64,000 nucleotides of DNA from Eledone cirrhosa (Eukaryota). Location of the stretch: the NCBI GenBank assembly GCA_964016885.1, contig OZ024743.1:272924001-272988000 (forward strand). Direction: 5' to 3'. Shown piece after piece: positions 1 to 15,172 of the stretch. A program made the translations under genes and the position numbers. Below the pieces are notes generated by a model, which was not told where the DNA came from, made no database searches, and saw nothing but the letters and a program-made list of their open reading frames with translations. Within the stretch, counting starts at the first letter, position 1. Each line of letters starts with the position of its first letter.

Positions 1-173
1 GTATGTGTGTGTGTGTGTGTGTATATATATCTTTATATATGTGTATGTGTATGTTCGTGTAGGTGTATGTGTGTGTATGACTATATATGTATGTGTGTAT
101 GTGTGTATGTGTATATATATCTATGTGTGTGTACATGTATGTATGTGTATGTATGTGTATGTGTGTATATGTG

Positions 174-218
<45 letters not shown>

Positions 219-525
219 ATATATATATATATATATGTATATGTTTCTCTATTTGTATATGTATATGTGTATAGGTATATACCTTTTTCTTTGTATGTCT
301 GTGTTGTGTGAGAGTGTAGTGGTGTTTGTATGTATATACCGATATATAGATGCGTAAGTATTTGTCTGTATGTATGTATGTCTGTATGTATTTGTGTGTA
401 TATATAGGTATGTATGTGTATATCTGTATGTATATAAGTATGTAAGTGTATGGATATGTGCGTGTATGTGTGTATATATATGTGTGTCTATATAGTATGT
501 GTGATTATATGTGTATGTATGTGTG

Positions 526-578
<53 letters not shown>

Positions 579-724
579 ATTTATATGTATGTGTGTATAT
601 GTATGTATGTGTGTATATGTATATGTTTATATATGTGTGTGTATGTATGTTCTAAGTGTGGATGTGTGTATATGTATGTATGTGTTTGTATATGTGTATA
701 TATATATATATGTGTATATGTGTG

Positions 725-775
<51 letters not shown>
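1..775. repeat. Degenerate (TG)n/(TA)n compound microsatellite
   Basis: Directly visible dinucleotide arrays; source of the spurious V/C/Y/I ORFs. Confidence 0.95.
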
Positions 776-777
<2 letters not shown>

Positions 778-1403
778 TTTCTTGATATATTTCTTTTTTC
801 TTTTTTCTTTTTCTCTTCTTTCTTTTTTAATGTTTATTTATTATTTATTATTTTTTATTTTCTTAGTTTATAGATACATCTATATTAAGTAGTCTGCCCA
901 AACCGTTGAATACTGACCTCTCCCCCCTCCCACCTAATTTCTGTATCTTGATCTAAATGTGTGTGCCAGTGTTTATGTGAGTGAATTAATATCCATGTGC
1001 TTAGGATTTTATATCCACATATATATATGTGAGTGGGGGTGTGTGTGTGTTTGTATGTTCGTAGTTATGTGTATGTTTATGCATATACGCGCGTGTGTGT
1101 GATTGTACGGATATGTGTGAGTATGAGATTATGTGTATACACTTATTTCATATTTATGTGTCTATACGCATCTTATCTGTGCATTATAAACTTACAGAGA
1201 CATTAACCTTGAAATTTTGTATTTGCATCCATCCTTTTGGTATGCGTATACATGTTGTGCATACATTTTGTAAAATATGTGTAAGGGTAGTTACATGTAT
1301 ATACACACACCGAACTGCATTAAACCTTTTGTATTTTCATTGGTCAATTTTGTTCCCAAACGGACCTGACATTTTGAATTGTTGTTATTATCAATAAATA
1401 TAT

Positions 1404-1557
1404 TTCATTATTTCTGAAGACGGCGTATATATGTGTTGGTATGTATGTTTAATCTTGATAGTTTGTATAATTTTGTATAATTTTGTACATAGATCTGTTG
1501 AATATGCATGCCAATTCTAACACATATATATCCTAGAAACGATCGTTAAATAATGAA
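1404..1557 (+). ncRNA. Type I hammerhead ribozyme with ~115-nt extended stem II, in a PLE pLTR-like end that terminates in (TA)n at ~1750
   Basis: Stem I TTCATTATTT(1404-13)/AAATAATGAA(1548-57); core CTGAAGA 1414-20; GAAA 1536-39; palindromic stem III ACGATCGT; GUU triplet; stem II TATATATGTGTTGG pairs with CTAACACATATATA. Confidence 0.8.
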
Positions 1558-1751
1558 CTTTTTTTGTTTAATATAAGGAACTGTTTCATTGTTTATTCAT
1601 TATTTGTTTAATATTTTATCTTGACTCTGTATACCGTTTATCTTTCACCGAAAGTGATTTTTCATTACATCTCTTCTTTCCATGATATCCGGAATACATT
1701 GAGTTCTTCATACGGATTGGACACTACCGTAAACTCTTGGTAGATTTATCT

Positions 1752-2589
<838 letters not shown>

Positions 2590-3203
2590 TATCTCCCGTA
2601 GGAATTCAACTTTATTTTACTACATCTCATCGTATGTATATATTTTGAATGTATTATCCGTGGTGGTGGGTCTTGCCTAATGTGGTATTTCGGTGTTTAA
2701 TATCAGCTTTGACCCGGGTGTCCTACGCTGTGTGTGTGTGCGTGTGTGTCTGTGTATACATTTATATGTGTATGGGTGTAGGTGGTTGTATATGTCTGTA
2801 TATAAAAATATATATATATATGTATACCGTCTCTGCATATGCATGTGGTGTGTATATGTGCATATACGTGCCGAACATATTGATGTGTACAATCTTGTGA
2901 TGTCCCAATGCGGTGACTTCATGGTTCTTGAAGCTATTGTTTATATATCTTTTGTCTTTTTATATATCTTTTGTATGCGCTCCAACTGTGTCTGCTTGCT
3001 TTGGCTAACCCGCCTGCACCTCGCTTGCTACTGCACGTGAATTCTCCTACCTTCCTTCGATGCACCTCTGTTTGACCATTGGACTCCTGACCGGGTGTGA
3101 ACCGGTTTGTGATTACCCCACCGCTCAACTGTGTGAATGCACACCCGTGACTTTCGAGTGAAATTTTGAGACTGCCCAACCTGGGACGCCTCCATTGCCT
3201 TGC

Positions 3204-3368
3204 AATGGTCAAGTGATACTGGTGACTGTGACACTTAGTGCCTTCGTGGGCCCCTGCCTGATATTTTCAAGAAATATATTTTTAAAAAATGGTCAAGTCA
3301 TACAGATAACTGTGACACTTAGTGCCTTCGTGGGCCCCTGATATATTCAAGAGATATATTTAAAAAAA
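3204..3368 (+). repeat. ~84-bp tandem duplication
   Basis: AATGGTCAAGT...CTGTGACACTTAGTGCCTTCGTGGGCCCCTG...TTCAAGA occurs twice. Confidence 0.85.
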
Positions 3369-3557
3369 ATATATATCTTATCTCAATTTACTTTATTTCA
3401 TTTTATTTTATTTTATTTCATCTCATTTTATCTAATTTTATTTATTTACTTATTTAATTTCATTTATTTATTTATTTATTTATTTATTTACTTATTTATT
3501 TATTTATTTATTTATTTAAATTTAATTTTAATTTTAATTTTATTTATTTATTTAATT

Positions 3558-3609
<52 letters not shown>

Positions 3610-4163
3610 TTACATTTAATTATATCTTATATTATATTATTTTACTTTAGTCTATTTTATTTTATTTTAGTTTACCTTATTTTATCTTATTTTATGATTA
3701 TATTATATTATGTTCTATTTTATATAATTTTAATTTTAATTTTATATTATTTTATATTATTTTATTTCATTCCTTACCCTGTATCACTATTATCTGTATA
3801 TTTTATATTTTATATGTAAGTTTGTTATATATTTCTTTATATTTTCTTATATATATTATAAGTCTGTTTTTCACCTATTTTTTACCTACTCTTACCTAAT
3901 CCTATCTATCTTATCTACTCTTGTCTGTTCTCTTATCCATGTGTATGCTTGTATGTAACTATATGTTGACAGCACCCCGCCCAACCGTGACTGATAGCAC
4001 CCCTTATTTTTCATTGTTTATTTTATTATTTTATTTTTATTTTTATTTTTATTTTTATTCTTATTTTTACTTTTACTTCCTTAATATCCTTTATCTTCTA
4101 TTATTTTTCATTCTTCAATGTCTTGGATTTGTTATTGCTTGTATGGTATGTAATTAACCTTTA

Positions 4164-4209
4164 TGCTCTGATGAGTCCCACTTATAGTGCGGATGAAACA
4201 ATGTTAGCA
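4164..4209 (+). ncRNA. Minimal type I hammerhead ribozyme in a PLE pLTR-like end
   Basis: TGCT-CTGATGA-GTCC(CACttataGTG)cGGAT-GAAA-CAAT-GTT-AGCA; ~120 nt upstream of a (TA)n tract. Confidence 0.8.
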
Positions 4210-4346
4210 AGTAAAGATATGCATATGCTATAGGCGTTCTTTGTTATTTATTATATCACGGCTCTGTCCTCAGACATCGAGCTAACCTTATACTGCCTGC
4301 TGGATAAGTGGAGTGTTATACACCCCTGATCCTCTCCCTAGTATAC

Positions 4347-4462
4347 TATATATATATATATATATTCATATATATATTCATATATATATATATATATTCA
4401 TATATATATATATATATATATTCATATATATATATATTCATATATATATATATATATATATA

Positions 4463-4496
<34 letters not shown>

Positions 4497-4530
4497 TATA
4501 TATATATATATTCATATATATATATATATA

Positions 4531-4564
<34 letters not shown>

Positions 4565-4634
4565 TATATATATATATTCATATATATATATATTTATATA
4601 TATTCATATATATATATATATTTATATATATATA

Positions 4635-4670
<36 letters not shown>

Positions 4671-4686
4671 TATATATATATATATA
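4347..4686. repeat. (TA)n array punctuated by TTCA
   Basis: Directly visible. Confidence 0.95.
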
Positions 4687-4880
4687 TTGTTATACTTTGG
4701 GAGGGTCATGTTGCCAATAAGAAACACACGCACTAGTTGCTTTCACTTCAATTTATTATATATTTATAAATTTATAAATTTACAAATGTACAACATGACC
4801 CTCCCAAAGTATAACAATATCGGTTTCAACAGACGATTTCAGATAAAGAATCTTGCTAAACAAATTCAGAAACGAAATAT
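4686..4880. mobile_element. Mini fold-back element made only of family A PLE pLTR termini
   Basis: 28-bp perfect inverted arms 4686-4713/4791-4818; near-identical to termini at 12219, 34710 and 35220; (TA)n on both sides. Confidence 0.8.
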
Positions 4881-4920
4881 ATATATATATTTATATATAT
4901 ATATATATATATTCATATAT

Positions 4921-5041
4921 ATGTAAGTATGTATGTATACGTACATACATATATGTATGTACGTATACATACATACTTACATTTAGGTAAGTGCCGTACT
5001 AAGAGTGAGAAATGAAATTTCGTTTTCATTTTATTACAATA

Positions 5042-5043
<2 letters not shown>
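4921..5043 (+). mobile_element. Family F pLTR terminus starting with a 62-bp perfect palindrome
   Basis: 4921-4982 is self-complementary; CGTACTAAGAGTGAGAAATGAAATTTC matches 61376-61402. Confidence 0.7.
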
Positions 5044-5100
<57 letters not shown>

Positions 5101-5107
5101 ATATATA

Positions 5108-5145
<38 letters not shown>

Positions 5146-5794
5146 TATATATATATATGTATTGTGTGTGTGTATGTGTGTATGTATATACATATATATA
5201 TATATATTGTGTGTGTGTATGTGTGTCTGTATATATATATATATATATATAATTAATGTATGAATTGTGTCTGTGATCATCATGGTTCGAACAGATTTAA
5301 ACGTAGGGTTTCATGATGAGAGCTGACATTGAAACAATAAACTGGCTCGAGGTGACCACCTTTTCACCTGATCTCCAGTAAATTTACATTTGCTATGCAT
5401 CAATCTAATGATCATTTCATGTATTCTCAATTTACAGACTTAAACAGTACAACTTATTAAGGAGCCCGCCCTCACTACATAACTCTTCACAAGGAAATAC
5501 ATTCATAGAATAACATATTTTCATCGATTGGATACACACAGAGCAGAATTCACATTTTACACCTTACAAACTTTCAATTTATTGGAATTTACACATATAA
5601 TATTTGGTATGTAGCTTGATTTATTTCTCGTTTGATCTTGTTTAAATTTTTTCAGTGCTGATCTGTGAAACATTCATGTCTATTATTTATTTTTGAAATT
5701 TATCCATCTAATTTACACTAGTGTGATTGCATCTGTATGATAGATTGCCATTATTTATTCCCGGCCGATGCACATGATGATTCATCATATTTAA

Positions 5795-5988
5795 TCGGTG
5801 GATTGGCAGTATCGGTAAAGGGTCGGACGCCGTGCTTTTCAGCACAGAGTTACGGCCCTTTATGATTTGAGTTCAAATCCCACCGATGTTAACTTTGCCT
5901 TTCATCCTTGTGGGGTCGATAAAATAAAGAACCAGTAATGCTCTGGGTAATTGCTGGCCTTGTCCCAAAAGTAGAAACAATTATTTAT
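5795..5988 (+). mobile_element. tRNA-derived SINE, family S1
   Basis: GGTGGATTGGCAG head, B-box-like GAGTTCAAATCCC, central GCCTTTCATCCTT..GGGGTCGATAAAATAAAG (resembles the Meta-SINE domain), (ATT)n-like tail; ~11 copies in window. Confidence 0.85.
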
Positions 5989-7542
5989 TGTGTGAAATAT
6001 GTTCACTACAGTTTAAAACCTGATTAATCTAAAATCCCATGAAATTCGTATTAACACCTCATTTTTAACACTATGAAAAATAGGTTGAGAATTAGTTTAA
6101 CTCCGCTTAAATGCAGTCATATTCTGTGCTTTTACAGGTTTGATAACATCAGTAAACTAAGTTAATCTCCCTTTGGGATCAAGCCGAGTAATTTGGAGAC
6201 TGCTGATTTAGATACACCCCTCTCAAAGGGGTGTCTGAGGACTCCCCCCACCCCATGTATAAGTGGGCAAATAATAATTCTGTCGTTATTGGCCAATAGG
6301 ATTGAAACATAAAGGAGAATGCAAAAGAACAGACACTGTGGGGATTTAAATAAAAATGTGTTAAATAAGGCAAACATGTAACAATTAACAATTAATCAAC
6401 ATAATTCCCCATTAGGTAATTTAGGAACCCCAGAGATCCGAAAAAGCACCAGATTGAAATAGTTTTGGGGATGGATATGGTTGACTAAAATCTTGAAAGT
6501 AGTTCGCCTGTATGACCCCCTAGACATAAAAATGAAAACAGTAAAATACTAAATAATATTGCACTTTCAAAGAAAAGGTGAAAAGTTTGTATTAAGTACA
6601 TATTGCAATTATATTGACAAGAAGCTATCTATTTAAAATCGTTTCGCTACGTATTAGAAGATATTTCGCATTCGGTTCAAATTAAGTTTTTCATCTCACA
6701 TTGCATATCGTACTACTCAATAACATTTGGTATCAGATAAACGAAAATGATCTTAAATATTCGCTGCCATATTATGTTTACCTCTATATCGTATCAAGAA
6801 TTTATGTAAAGGTATTGTTTCTATTGTGGATTTGTCAAACAATGTCATACAATTTGCACCAGAATATATTTTCTCTTTATCGTAAACTTTATTACATTGT
6901 AGGTTTTATTCACTTGTGCATCTTAACCGAATTTGTATTTTAGTTGTTTGTATAGTACGATTACCTAGCTTTCAAGAAATTGAATACAACGAAAGTGTTC
7001 GATCTAAGCTGCATTCAGCAACGTTGAATTCAATAGATTCCTCCGAAGCAATTTAAAGAAAGAAAAAAAGTATCTGGTGAACTTCAACAGTGAATATCTT
7101 TGTTATAAATACGAACCCGCAGTCACGATTGAGCTGTAAACAAACTCAAGTCACAGTCATAATGTTCCGGGTTCAACCGCACTAAGTTGTATATTGAGCA
7201 GATTTATTTTGCTATGCGAATGAGTGGACCTGAGCCTATGAATGAAATTGATGTCGGAAACAGACTGGAAACCTTGTGATTGTATTGTAATTGTAATTTA
7301 AATATGCAGCCTTGTCATACAGACATGCTACTATTATGAAATACACAGCAACTTATACGCCTATTGTACATTCAGATAAGCGAACAACTTAATGTTCATC
7401 GTCGAAACCGATAGAAGAATGATCCATCAATTAATGAGCGGATGATGGATGTGTCCATTAATTAATGTTATATTCATCCAAGACTAAAAACATCTATACA
7501 CCCGATGTTCAGTTTAAACATTTGTATGGCTGTTGTATACAA

Positions 7543-7730
7543 ATAATTATTTCTACATTTGGCACAAGGCCAACAATTACCCAGTGCATTACTGGTACTT
7601 TATTTTATCGACCCCGTAAGGATGAAAGGCAAAGTTAACCTCGGCGGGATTTGAACTCAGACCATAAAGGGACGTAACTATGCTCGAAAGCATGGCGTCC
7701 GCCCCTCTACCGATACTGCCAATCCACCAC
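7543..7730 (-). mobile_element. SINE S1
   Basis: Reverse-complement match to 52619-52811. Confidence 0.85.
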
Positions 7731-9464
7731 AATACCATTTAGGTCAACATTCCAGAAACTAGTGTTCAGAATAAATCAGCATGCATTTAAAATAGCTTAT
7801 TTGAACAATTTCAATTTGATATTCCAACTCATATTCCATATATAATTTCTAAAATCACAAGTGATTAACGAAGATTATCTTTAACCAGTGGAATGGGGCT
7901 GTTATTGTTGGAGTACAGGATTGGTATGACATATATATCAGGCTAACCGTTGATATGAACAATCATTCGAATTGGGAAATTTGCATTTTGAATAATTAAT
8001 GATTTGCATAAGTTAAATCCTATATGGAATTGATTAAAAATGAGAACATTTTAATAATTTATTTCTAAGATGTAATTACATAGATGTTCAAAATGCATGT
8101 GTATATTATATACAAGATAGAATGTCTGAGGAAGCTTGGAGAATTATACACACGGACAAATGTACGGTTAGAACCTAAGGTCTTGTGATTGGAAAGCAAA
8201 CTTATGGTAGCAATATGAATGAGATAGTAAAATATGCGTTTATGTGTTATTTGTGTGTATAACATTTAAAGAGTTACAGTGATATATGTCAATAAATTTA
8301 CAAAAGATATGAGGAGTAAAATATATTCTATTAGAATTTCCACGAAGGATGTCTTATGTAACTGAATGGCTCACCGACTAATGAGCAGCCTAAGAAACTT
8401 GAAAGTGGCCCCATGATCTGTTAGAAATAGTGAAATCTTTATAACACACCTTACCGTCGCTTAAAAAAAAGAAACACAAATTATATAAAGAAGTTCCTGG
8501 TATTCAATATCAAAAGACAATTCAATTGTTTTGCGTAAGATTACAGGAACTGTAAATATAATATATTCATATATCTCCTAAAACAATTGACAAAATCATA
8601 AAGTAGAAGTTTATTTTGGTGAAAAGAAATAATTGGGGATTATGTATCTTCGTAAACATATATCTATATTTCTATGTAATTTTTACTCAAGTGGTAGTCT
8701 CACTAATTCGATAAACAAATTGCATAACTGTCATCAGTATCGTCGTGTTTTCGTTTGTTATTCCTTAGGAGCACGATTTCGGCGAGTACATCGGTATTTA
8801 TACTCGTTTCATCTTGGGTTGAGGATTAGCAAACATACATTGCTCTGAAATATTATAGCTGCCTGAAGATATTTTATTTCGTATTCTTTCATATTTTTTA
8901 ATCTATTTCTTCTTGTATTGATGTTGCTGTTTAGTACAATAGCTTTCCAGCTATGACATCACAATTACTCTCATGAGGACATAAAAAAAAAATCTAGAAC
9001 GCCATTATTCAATGTACCATTCCGTTTTTGTAAATAGTAATGTGTAATTTGAAACAGTGTTTGGCTGCTACATTGAACAGGTCGAGCCTTCTATTGTATT
9101 TGTTTGGGCGCTTGTGAAACAAATTCGTGTAAACATTATTAGAGATGCAATCTGACAGAACAAGATAAAAGAGAGTTTACATATTTAACCATCCCCCAGC
9201 AAAAAAAGAAAAAAAATGAAACTGTAAATTATAACAATTTTTTCCTCCGCTTGTTAAATTACGATTTCGTCCTGAAGACAAATTGATAAAAGGTATAGGA
9301 TTATATATTTACTGAACAACTCTGTTTCATCTGAGTGTAAGTAAATATTTACGTTGAACAATCACGTGCAGAAGCTACATGGATATTCTAAATCAAAGCT
9401 AGTTATCTGTTCTAAACAAATAGTAAATAAACATATTTCTATATAGAAACGTTATTTATACAAC

Positions 9465-9627
9465 TCTTTCTACTTTTGGCACAAGGCCAGCAAATACCCC
9501 AGTGAATTTATCGAGCTTGTAATAATTAAAGGCAAAGTTAACCTCTGTGGTATTTGAACTCAGAATATAAAGGGACATAATGTATGCTGCAAAGCATAGT
9601 GTCTGACGCTCTACTGATACTGCCAAT
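9465..9627 (-). mobile_element. SINE S1, diverged and internally deleted
   Basis: GGCACAAGGCCAGCAA...GGCAAAGTTAACCTC...TTTGAACTCAG...GATACTGCCAAT. Confidence 0.75.
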
Positions 9628-10504
9628 GCGTCGTACAAAGAGGTGTCTTAACTATAATTTAGCAATATTACATTATCTGCGGCCCTCTGGTAAATTAAGG
9701 TTATTGAATGAATTAGTTATTAATATTACAAAATAGCTTCACAAACATTTTTACATATGAAACATTCTAATTGAACAAAAGTTGCATATTTAGTACAATG
9801 CAAGTTAATTTCATGACAGTTTTGGTAGCCCAAACATCATTCAATTATGCTTACTACACACCGAGGTACACATCGTTTAGAATATATTTTCTCTATTTCT
9901 ATACTTTCTTTTGAATAATATGTACTGAATCTAACAAAAGCAAATATATTCCCAATAGAAACTATTCCCTCCGGGTAGTGACTAAATAATTGGAAAGAAC
10001 AGTGGGAAGTCACCACAATGAAATTTGAGTTAGCTCCCCTGAAGCTTCTATCAGTAACCGTACCAGGAATTCATGTAACGTGGCTTCTTAGAAGGAAAGA
10101 TACAATAGAATCATGTACTTTCACAGTCAGGAGAATTTGTATGGAATGAGAAAATGTCATCTTGCAAATTGCTAACATACACAGAATTTCAATTGAACTT
10201 TATTACACTCTACGGACGATGTATTTATATGGAATGACGCTTGTGGATAAATCATTAATTTAAGTCTTGTTTACTATTCAAAAGCATTAAGAATAGGAAA
10301 TTATAACAAAACGTTTTAACATTATCAAATTACAACCGTATTCAATATTAATATAGACATCTTTAACGGACCCGGCCTAACCAACACCAAAACTCCCCAA
10401 ACGACTCCTATCAAACACACACCCAAGAGCAAAAGAGGATGAGAGAAAGTTAAAGAAGGAGGGAGAGTTACAGTTAGCTAAGCTGATGGAGTGGGATGAG
10501 ATGT

Positions 10505-10699
10505 AAATAATAATTGTTTCTATTTTAGGCAGAAGGCCAGCAATTACACAGTGCATTACTGGTACTTTATTTTATCGACCCCGTAAGGATGAAAGGCAAA
10601 GTCAACCTCGGCGGGATTTGAACTCAGATCGTAAAGGGACGTAACTATGCTGGAAAGCATGGTGTCCGACCCTCCACCGATACTGCCAATCTACCGCCC
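10505..10699 (-). mobile_element. SINE S1
   Basis: Full-length reverse-complement match to other copies. Confidence 0.85.
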
Positions 10700-11962
10700 T
10701 GATGTAAATAGTAATGATCTGTAATATAGTTACACAATGTAGACTACTCTCTACAGTTTTTAAACATTTCTAGATCGACAATCATATGGAATAAACCCCA
10801 CATCTCTCATACATCTTTAAAATCATTCTTATCATTTTGCCTAAAGTAGAAACAATTATTATCAGTCATTTTAAACTTCGCAACCCTGCTTCACACTCAC
10901 TCTCTTATAACAATATTCATGGCAATCTCATCAACAAATCTATACAACGATTAATCTTACCCCCTGCAAGTATTTCTGATCGATACAGAGGCATTCTAAA
11001 CAAACAGCAACGATCTCTATCACGGTAACAGGCACAGCTTCTACTAAACCATCAATTATGCACCTATTAGATCGCCGAACGTCAGCCTAATTTCAACTTC
11101 TTCCTACACATCCACATGCTACACAAATTATCTATAGCGGCAAATGATTTTCAGTTACGATTGATTCGGGACAGCTAATAAAGCAATTGAAATTGTAATC
11201 TTATCTCTGATTTGTTATACTCCCGCACACAACCCAATCTCCATTACCCCAACAGACCAACGCGGTTTAGACGTAACTTTGTGGAAGCAATACAAGCTGA
11301 TAAAATTGCGTAAAACGTTAGTAAATATAATTCTATTATGGGTTGGGTGTCATACACCTACTAATGCAGTTCCTGCGAGACTAGCAGCCGGAACACAAAC
11401 GATGCCTATGTGCATCTCACAACCTATAGTCCCCAAATCTTTTTCGAATTGCAGCGTGTCGTTTTATTTCCATGTCAAGAAAATATCTACTAACATTGCG
11501 AAATTTTCCTACTACCTTCCACTTTCCTCTTTGCAATAGCTTTCACATTGCACGCACTGATTAAACTACTTCCGAAACATTCTGTCTTCACTCTGACTGT
11601 TCACATATCCGTGATGTGCGAAAGCAACTCCTGTCACTTCAAACTAACATTCAACTTGGTACACACGGGGAAAATCTATTGCGTCATATTATTTGCAAGA
11701 AATACTATCAAAGTCTCTCTCAAATTCGCCTCAAGCAAGTTATATAGCGTGGCCCTAGGTCCTCTGTCAATAGAAAAAAGAGAAATTGGTCATAGTCTTT
11801 TTAATGTAGGTCCGTCCAATGAGAAATGATCTGGCACAACGAAAACACATATACCTTTTTAAATCAATAACCTTCTAATTACCTTCATGTAGATGGCACC
11901 TCGTTTCATTCCTCCAGACATTTCTGCATACAGAAATCGTTTACTTGCCTCAAGGCAGGACT

Positions 11963-12218
<256 letters not shown>

Positions 12219-12620
12219 ATTGTTATACTTTGGGAGGGTCATCTTGCCAATAAGAAACACACGCACCAGTTGCTTTCACTTCAATTTATTATAAATTAAA
12301 TTTATAAATTTAGGAATTTATAAATTTCCGGTTGGTTGGTTGGTTCCACAACCAGATGATTGTTCATATATTGTCAAAGTTCTTTCGTCACACATTGTGT
12401 GACCTCTTCAGTGACTGGGGATTCTTTTCTTTGTTTTTGTGCCTTTGTTCTGTCCTACGCCATATTGTTATTGTGTGTGTTGTGTGCTTAGTTTGCGCAT
12501 GTGTTACATCTGGGTGTCTGTGTGTGTTTATATTTGTTTATTTACATGTTACTGGTTGGTTGTTTGTTCTATGTGTGTGTGTGTTTTCATTTTGTCCTTA
12601 ATTGTGAGTTGTGATGTTGC
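12219..12620 (-). mobile_element. Inverted family A PLE pLTR with hammerhead plus part of an AC-rich UTR, at the 5' side of the PLE ORF
   Basis: Matches 34710-34960; abuts (TA)n. Confidence 0.8.
12372..12415 (-). ncRNA. Type I hammerhead ribozyme (family A)
   Basis: Minus strand GTCA-CTGAAGA-g-GTCACACaatGTGTGAC-GAAA-GAAC-TT-TGAC. Confidence 0.75.
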
Positions 12621-12629
12621 TGTTCCATT

Positions 12630-15172
12630 CATGAATGTCGAGCGCTTACCTGGAACACCAATGAATTATTCCACAACACATCCTCTCTAAAGGACATACC
12701 TATACCTTCGGATGATGTGTACATGGACCTATTATTAAAGCAGATAAATAATTTCATCAGGAGGATCCGCTGGAGGGCCTACCTCTACAACAACAGGAGG
12801 GCCCCCGGATCAAGTGACAATTGCACCAACCACATAAACAATTTTTTTAAATCGACGCAAAACCACCACACAACATACTCCTAGAAGAGTTTGAGGACAG
12901 GATCATTACCATGGTCCGGACCATTAGATTCAGAAAACCACGGCAAAACGCTGACAGAAGTGCATTCCTGTCTGGGCTCGCATCTACTGTAAACAAGATC
13001 AGGAATAGCCGTGGCATCATCGTACCAGCCGATAAAACAGGAAACTTATACAATTTGGAGTACAAAATTTACAACAAATGCATTACAAACGAAATCGCTA
13101 AAATATACAAAACATCAACAAGGGAAAACCTAGCACACATAAACAAACAGGTGAAAACAATAATGACCGAACTGAGTATTGACGACAGGACTCATCCCTG
13201 CAACACTAGGACATCAAGACTATCTATTAAAGACCATAAACCGGACTTCTAGTCAAAACTACCGGTCATGTTCATAGTCCCGTCTAAATCGGACCTATGT
13301 AGACTTAGCAAATCAATCATTGACCGAATTATACCTGAACTTAGAAATAGAACTAAACTCAGCCTATGGTCTTGTACAAAGGAGGTAATCGACTGGTTTT
13401 GTGGCATTGAAACAAAGTCGAATGTTCGATTAGTCCAATTGGACATTACGAACTACTACGCATCTACATCCCCAATCATCCTTAACAAGGCACTGATCTC
13501 AGCCATGAACAGATCAAGCCTCACTAGAAAGGAAGTGGACATCATACTAACAGCTAGGAAAACTTTATTAGAATTTGACGGTAGATTGTGGGAGCGACAG
13601 AATAGACCAGATAGCTTCGACATTACCATGGGATCGACTGACTCCGCACAGGTTACAGATATAGTAGGCATATACCTCCTAAATATATTAACAGACGAGA
13701 TTCCCTCTTTGGGTGGTGGCTTATACCGTGACGATGCCTTACTAATGACCCATGGACTCAATAATAGCCAATTAGATAGACTACACAAACGACTTAGGTA
13801 CGTCTTTAAGACCCAAGGATTAGCGGTAGAAATTGAATCTAACAATAGGACAGTAAACATTTTAGATGTCACCCTAGAATTAGACTCAGGTCTCTACCGT
13901 CCATACCACAAACCTAATGAAAATCATAAATACGTCAACAGACACGCCAACCACCCTAAGAGCATAATTAAATCAACAGTTAAAAGCGTCTCCAATAGAG
14001 AGTCCACCCTGTCGGCTAATAGAAATATCTGCAACCAGCACGCGGAATACTACAACTCCGCACTTGTAAATACTGGTTACATTGAGAAGATTTCTTACAT
14101 CGACCCAAATAGAACGGTAACGCCGCTAAACATAACCGGACCCATAGAAGAAGTCACCACGCCTAGGATAAATAATAACCTAGGACCCTCCGTAACCGGC
14201 AGGGCAGCCAGCGTCACACAAAACTGTCAAGGAGATAAAGCCATACTCTCCAACCCCAATAAGGACTCCGACTATCGCACGCGTTTGCGTAGCAATAGAG
14301 ACAAAAGACATAACGCCAATATATTACTTGGAACCCCTATGAGACATACACCTGATAAAACGCACCCAAACTACCACCCAACCACAAAAACCTCATTAAA
14401 CACCGCAGAAACCGAAGTAGACCTGTCACATGGTACGACGCCCCGTATTCTATACACGTAGCCACCAATATACCGGGAACCTTCTTCAGGGCTCTCGAAC
14501 AATCTTTTCCACGTACACATAAATACCACAAGCTCTTCAATAGACACACTGTAAAATTCTCTTTCTCCACAGCACCAAATCTAGGCCACACAATAACACA
14601 CACTAATAGGACAAAAATACGAAAACACATGGTTGCCCCACAACAAACCACCACCACAACCAAGAACGAAACCACACACACAACACAACAACCCACATAC
14701 CAGATCCACACCGCATGCCACCAAACGCCAACGTGCCACCACACCAGTTACACCCAACTGCAACTGCAAAAAACGGGCCGAATGCCCACTAAACGGGGAG
14801 TACCTCGTTAAAAACATTGTTTACCGGTGCGATGTCACAGCCGGCAATAAAGAGTACTCATATATAGGTGCGACATCCACTACGTTTAAGGAGAGCTGGT
14901 ATAACCATAGAAGCTCCTTTAAGCATAGGCTGAAACGATCCCAAACCAGATTGGCCGATTTGATCTGGGACCTCAAGGACAGGGACATTGAAACCCAGAT
15001 CTCGTGGTCAGTGAAAAGACGCGTGGCACAACTCCCCAGTGACAGAAACCACTGCAGGTTATGCCTGGTTGAGGCGGCAGAAATAATTAAATTAAAATCT
15101 GCCATAAACTATAGGTCGGACATAATTGTCAATTGCAGACACACCAGGCTGAACACATTTTCCGCACAAACA
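12630..15172 (+). pseudogene. Penelope-like element RT + C-terminal GIY-YIG endonuclease, Hydra-type, disrupted
   Basis: FIRRIRWRA, VPADKTGNLY, IKDHKPDF*, PSKSD, QLDITNYY (motif A), DITMGS (B), GGLYRDD (C, 13715-13735), LDVTL, PYHKPN, NHP; CNCKKRAECPLNG..NIVY..YIG...FKESWYNH..CRLC..E..CRH; one in-frame stop (13250) and several frameshifts. Confidence 0.92.

Noticed and set aside
5795-5890. tRNA genes
   Set aside because: A/B-box-like heads belong to SINEs and no cloverleaf could be formed
10900-11950. Decayed LINE RT on the minus strand; similar weak hints at 35820-35960 (mariner) and 36380-36650 (RTE 3' end)
   Set aside because: Similarity too fragmentary to support by eye
12630-15172. Programmed readthrough or selenocysteine recoding as in Naiad PLEs
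   Set aside because: The in-frame stop is TAG, the endonuclease is C-terminal and several frameshifts indicate decay
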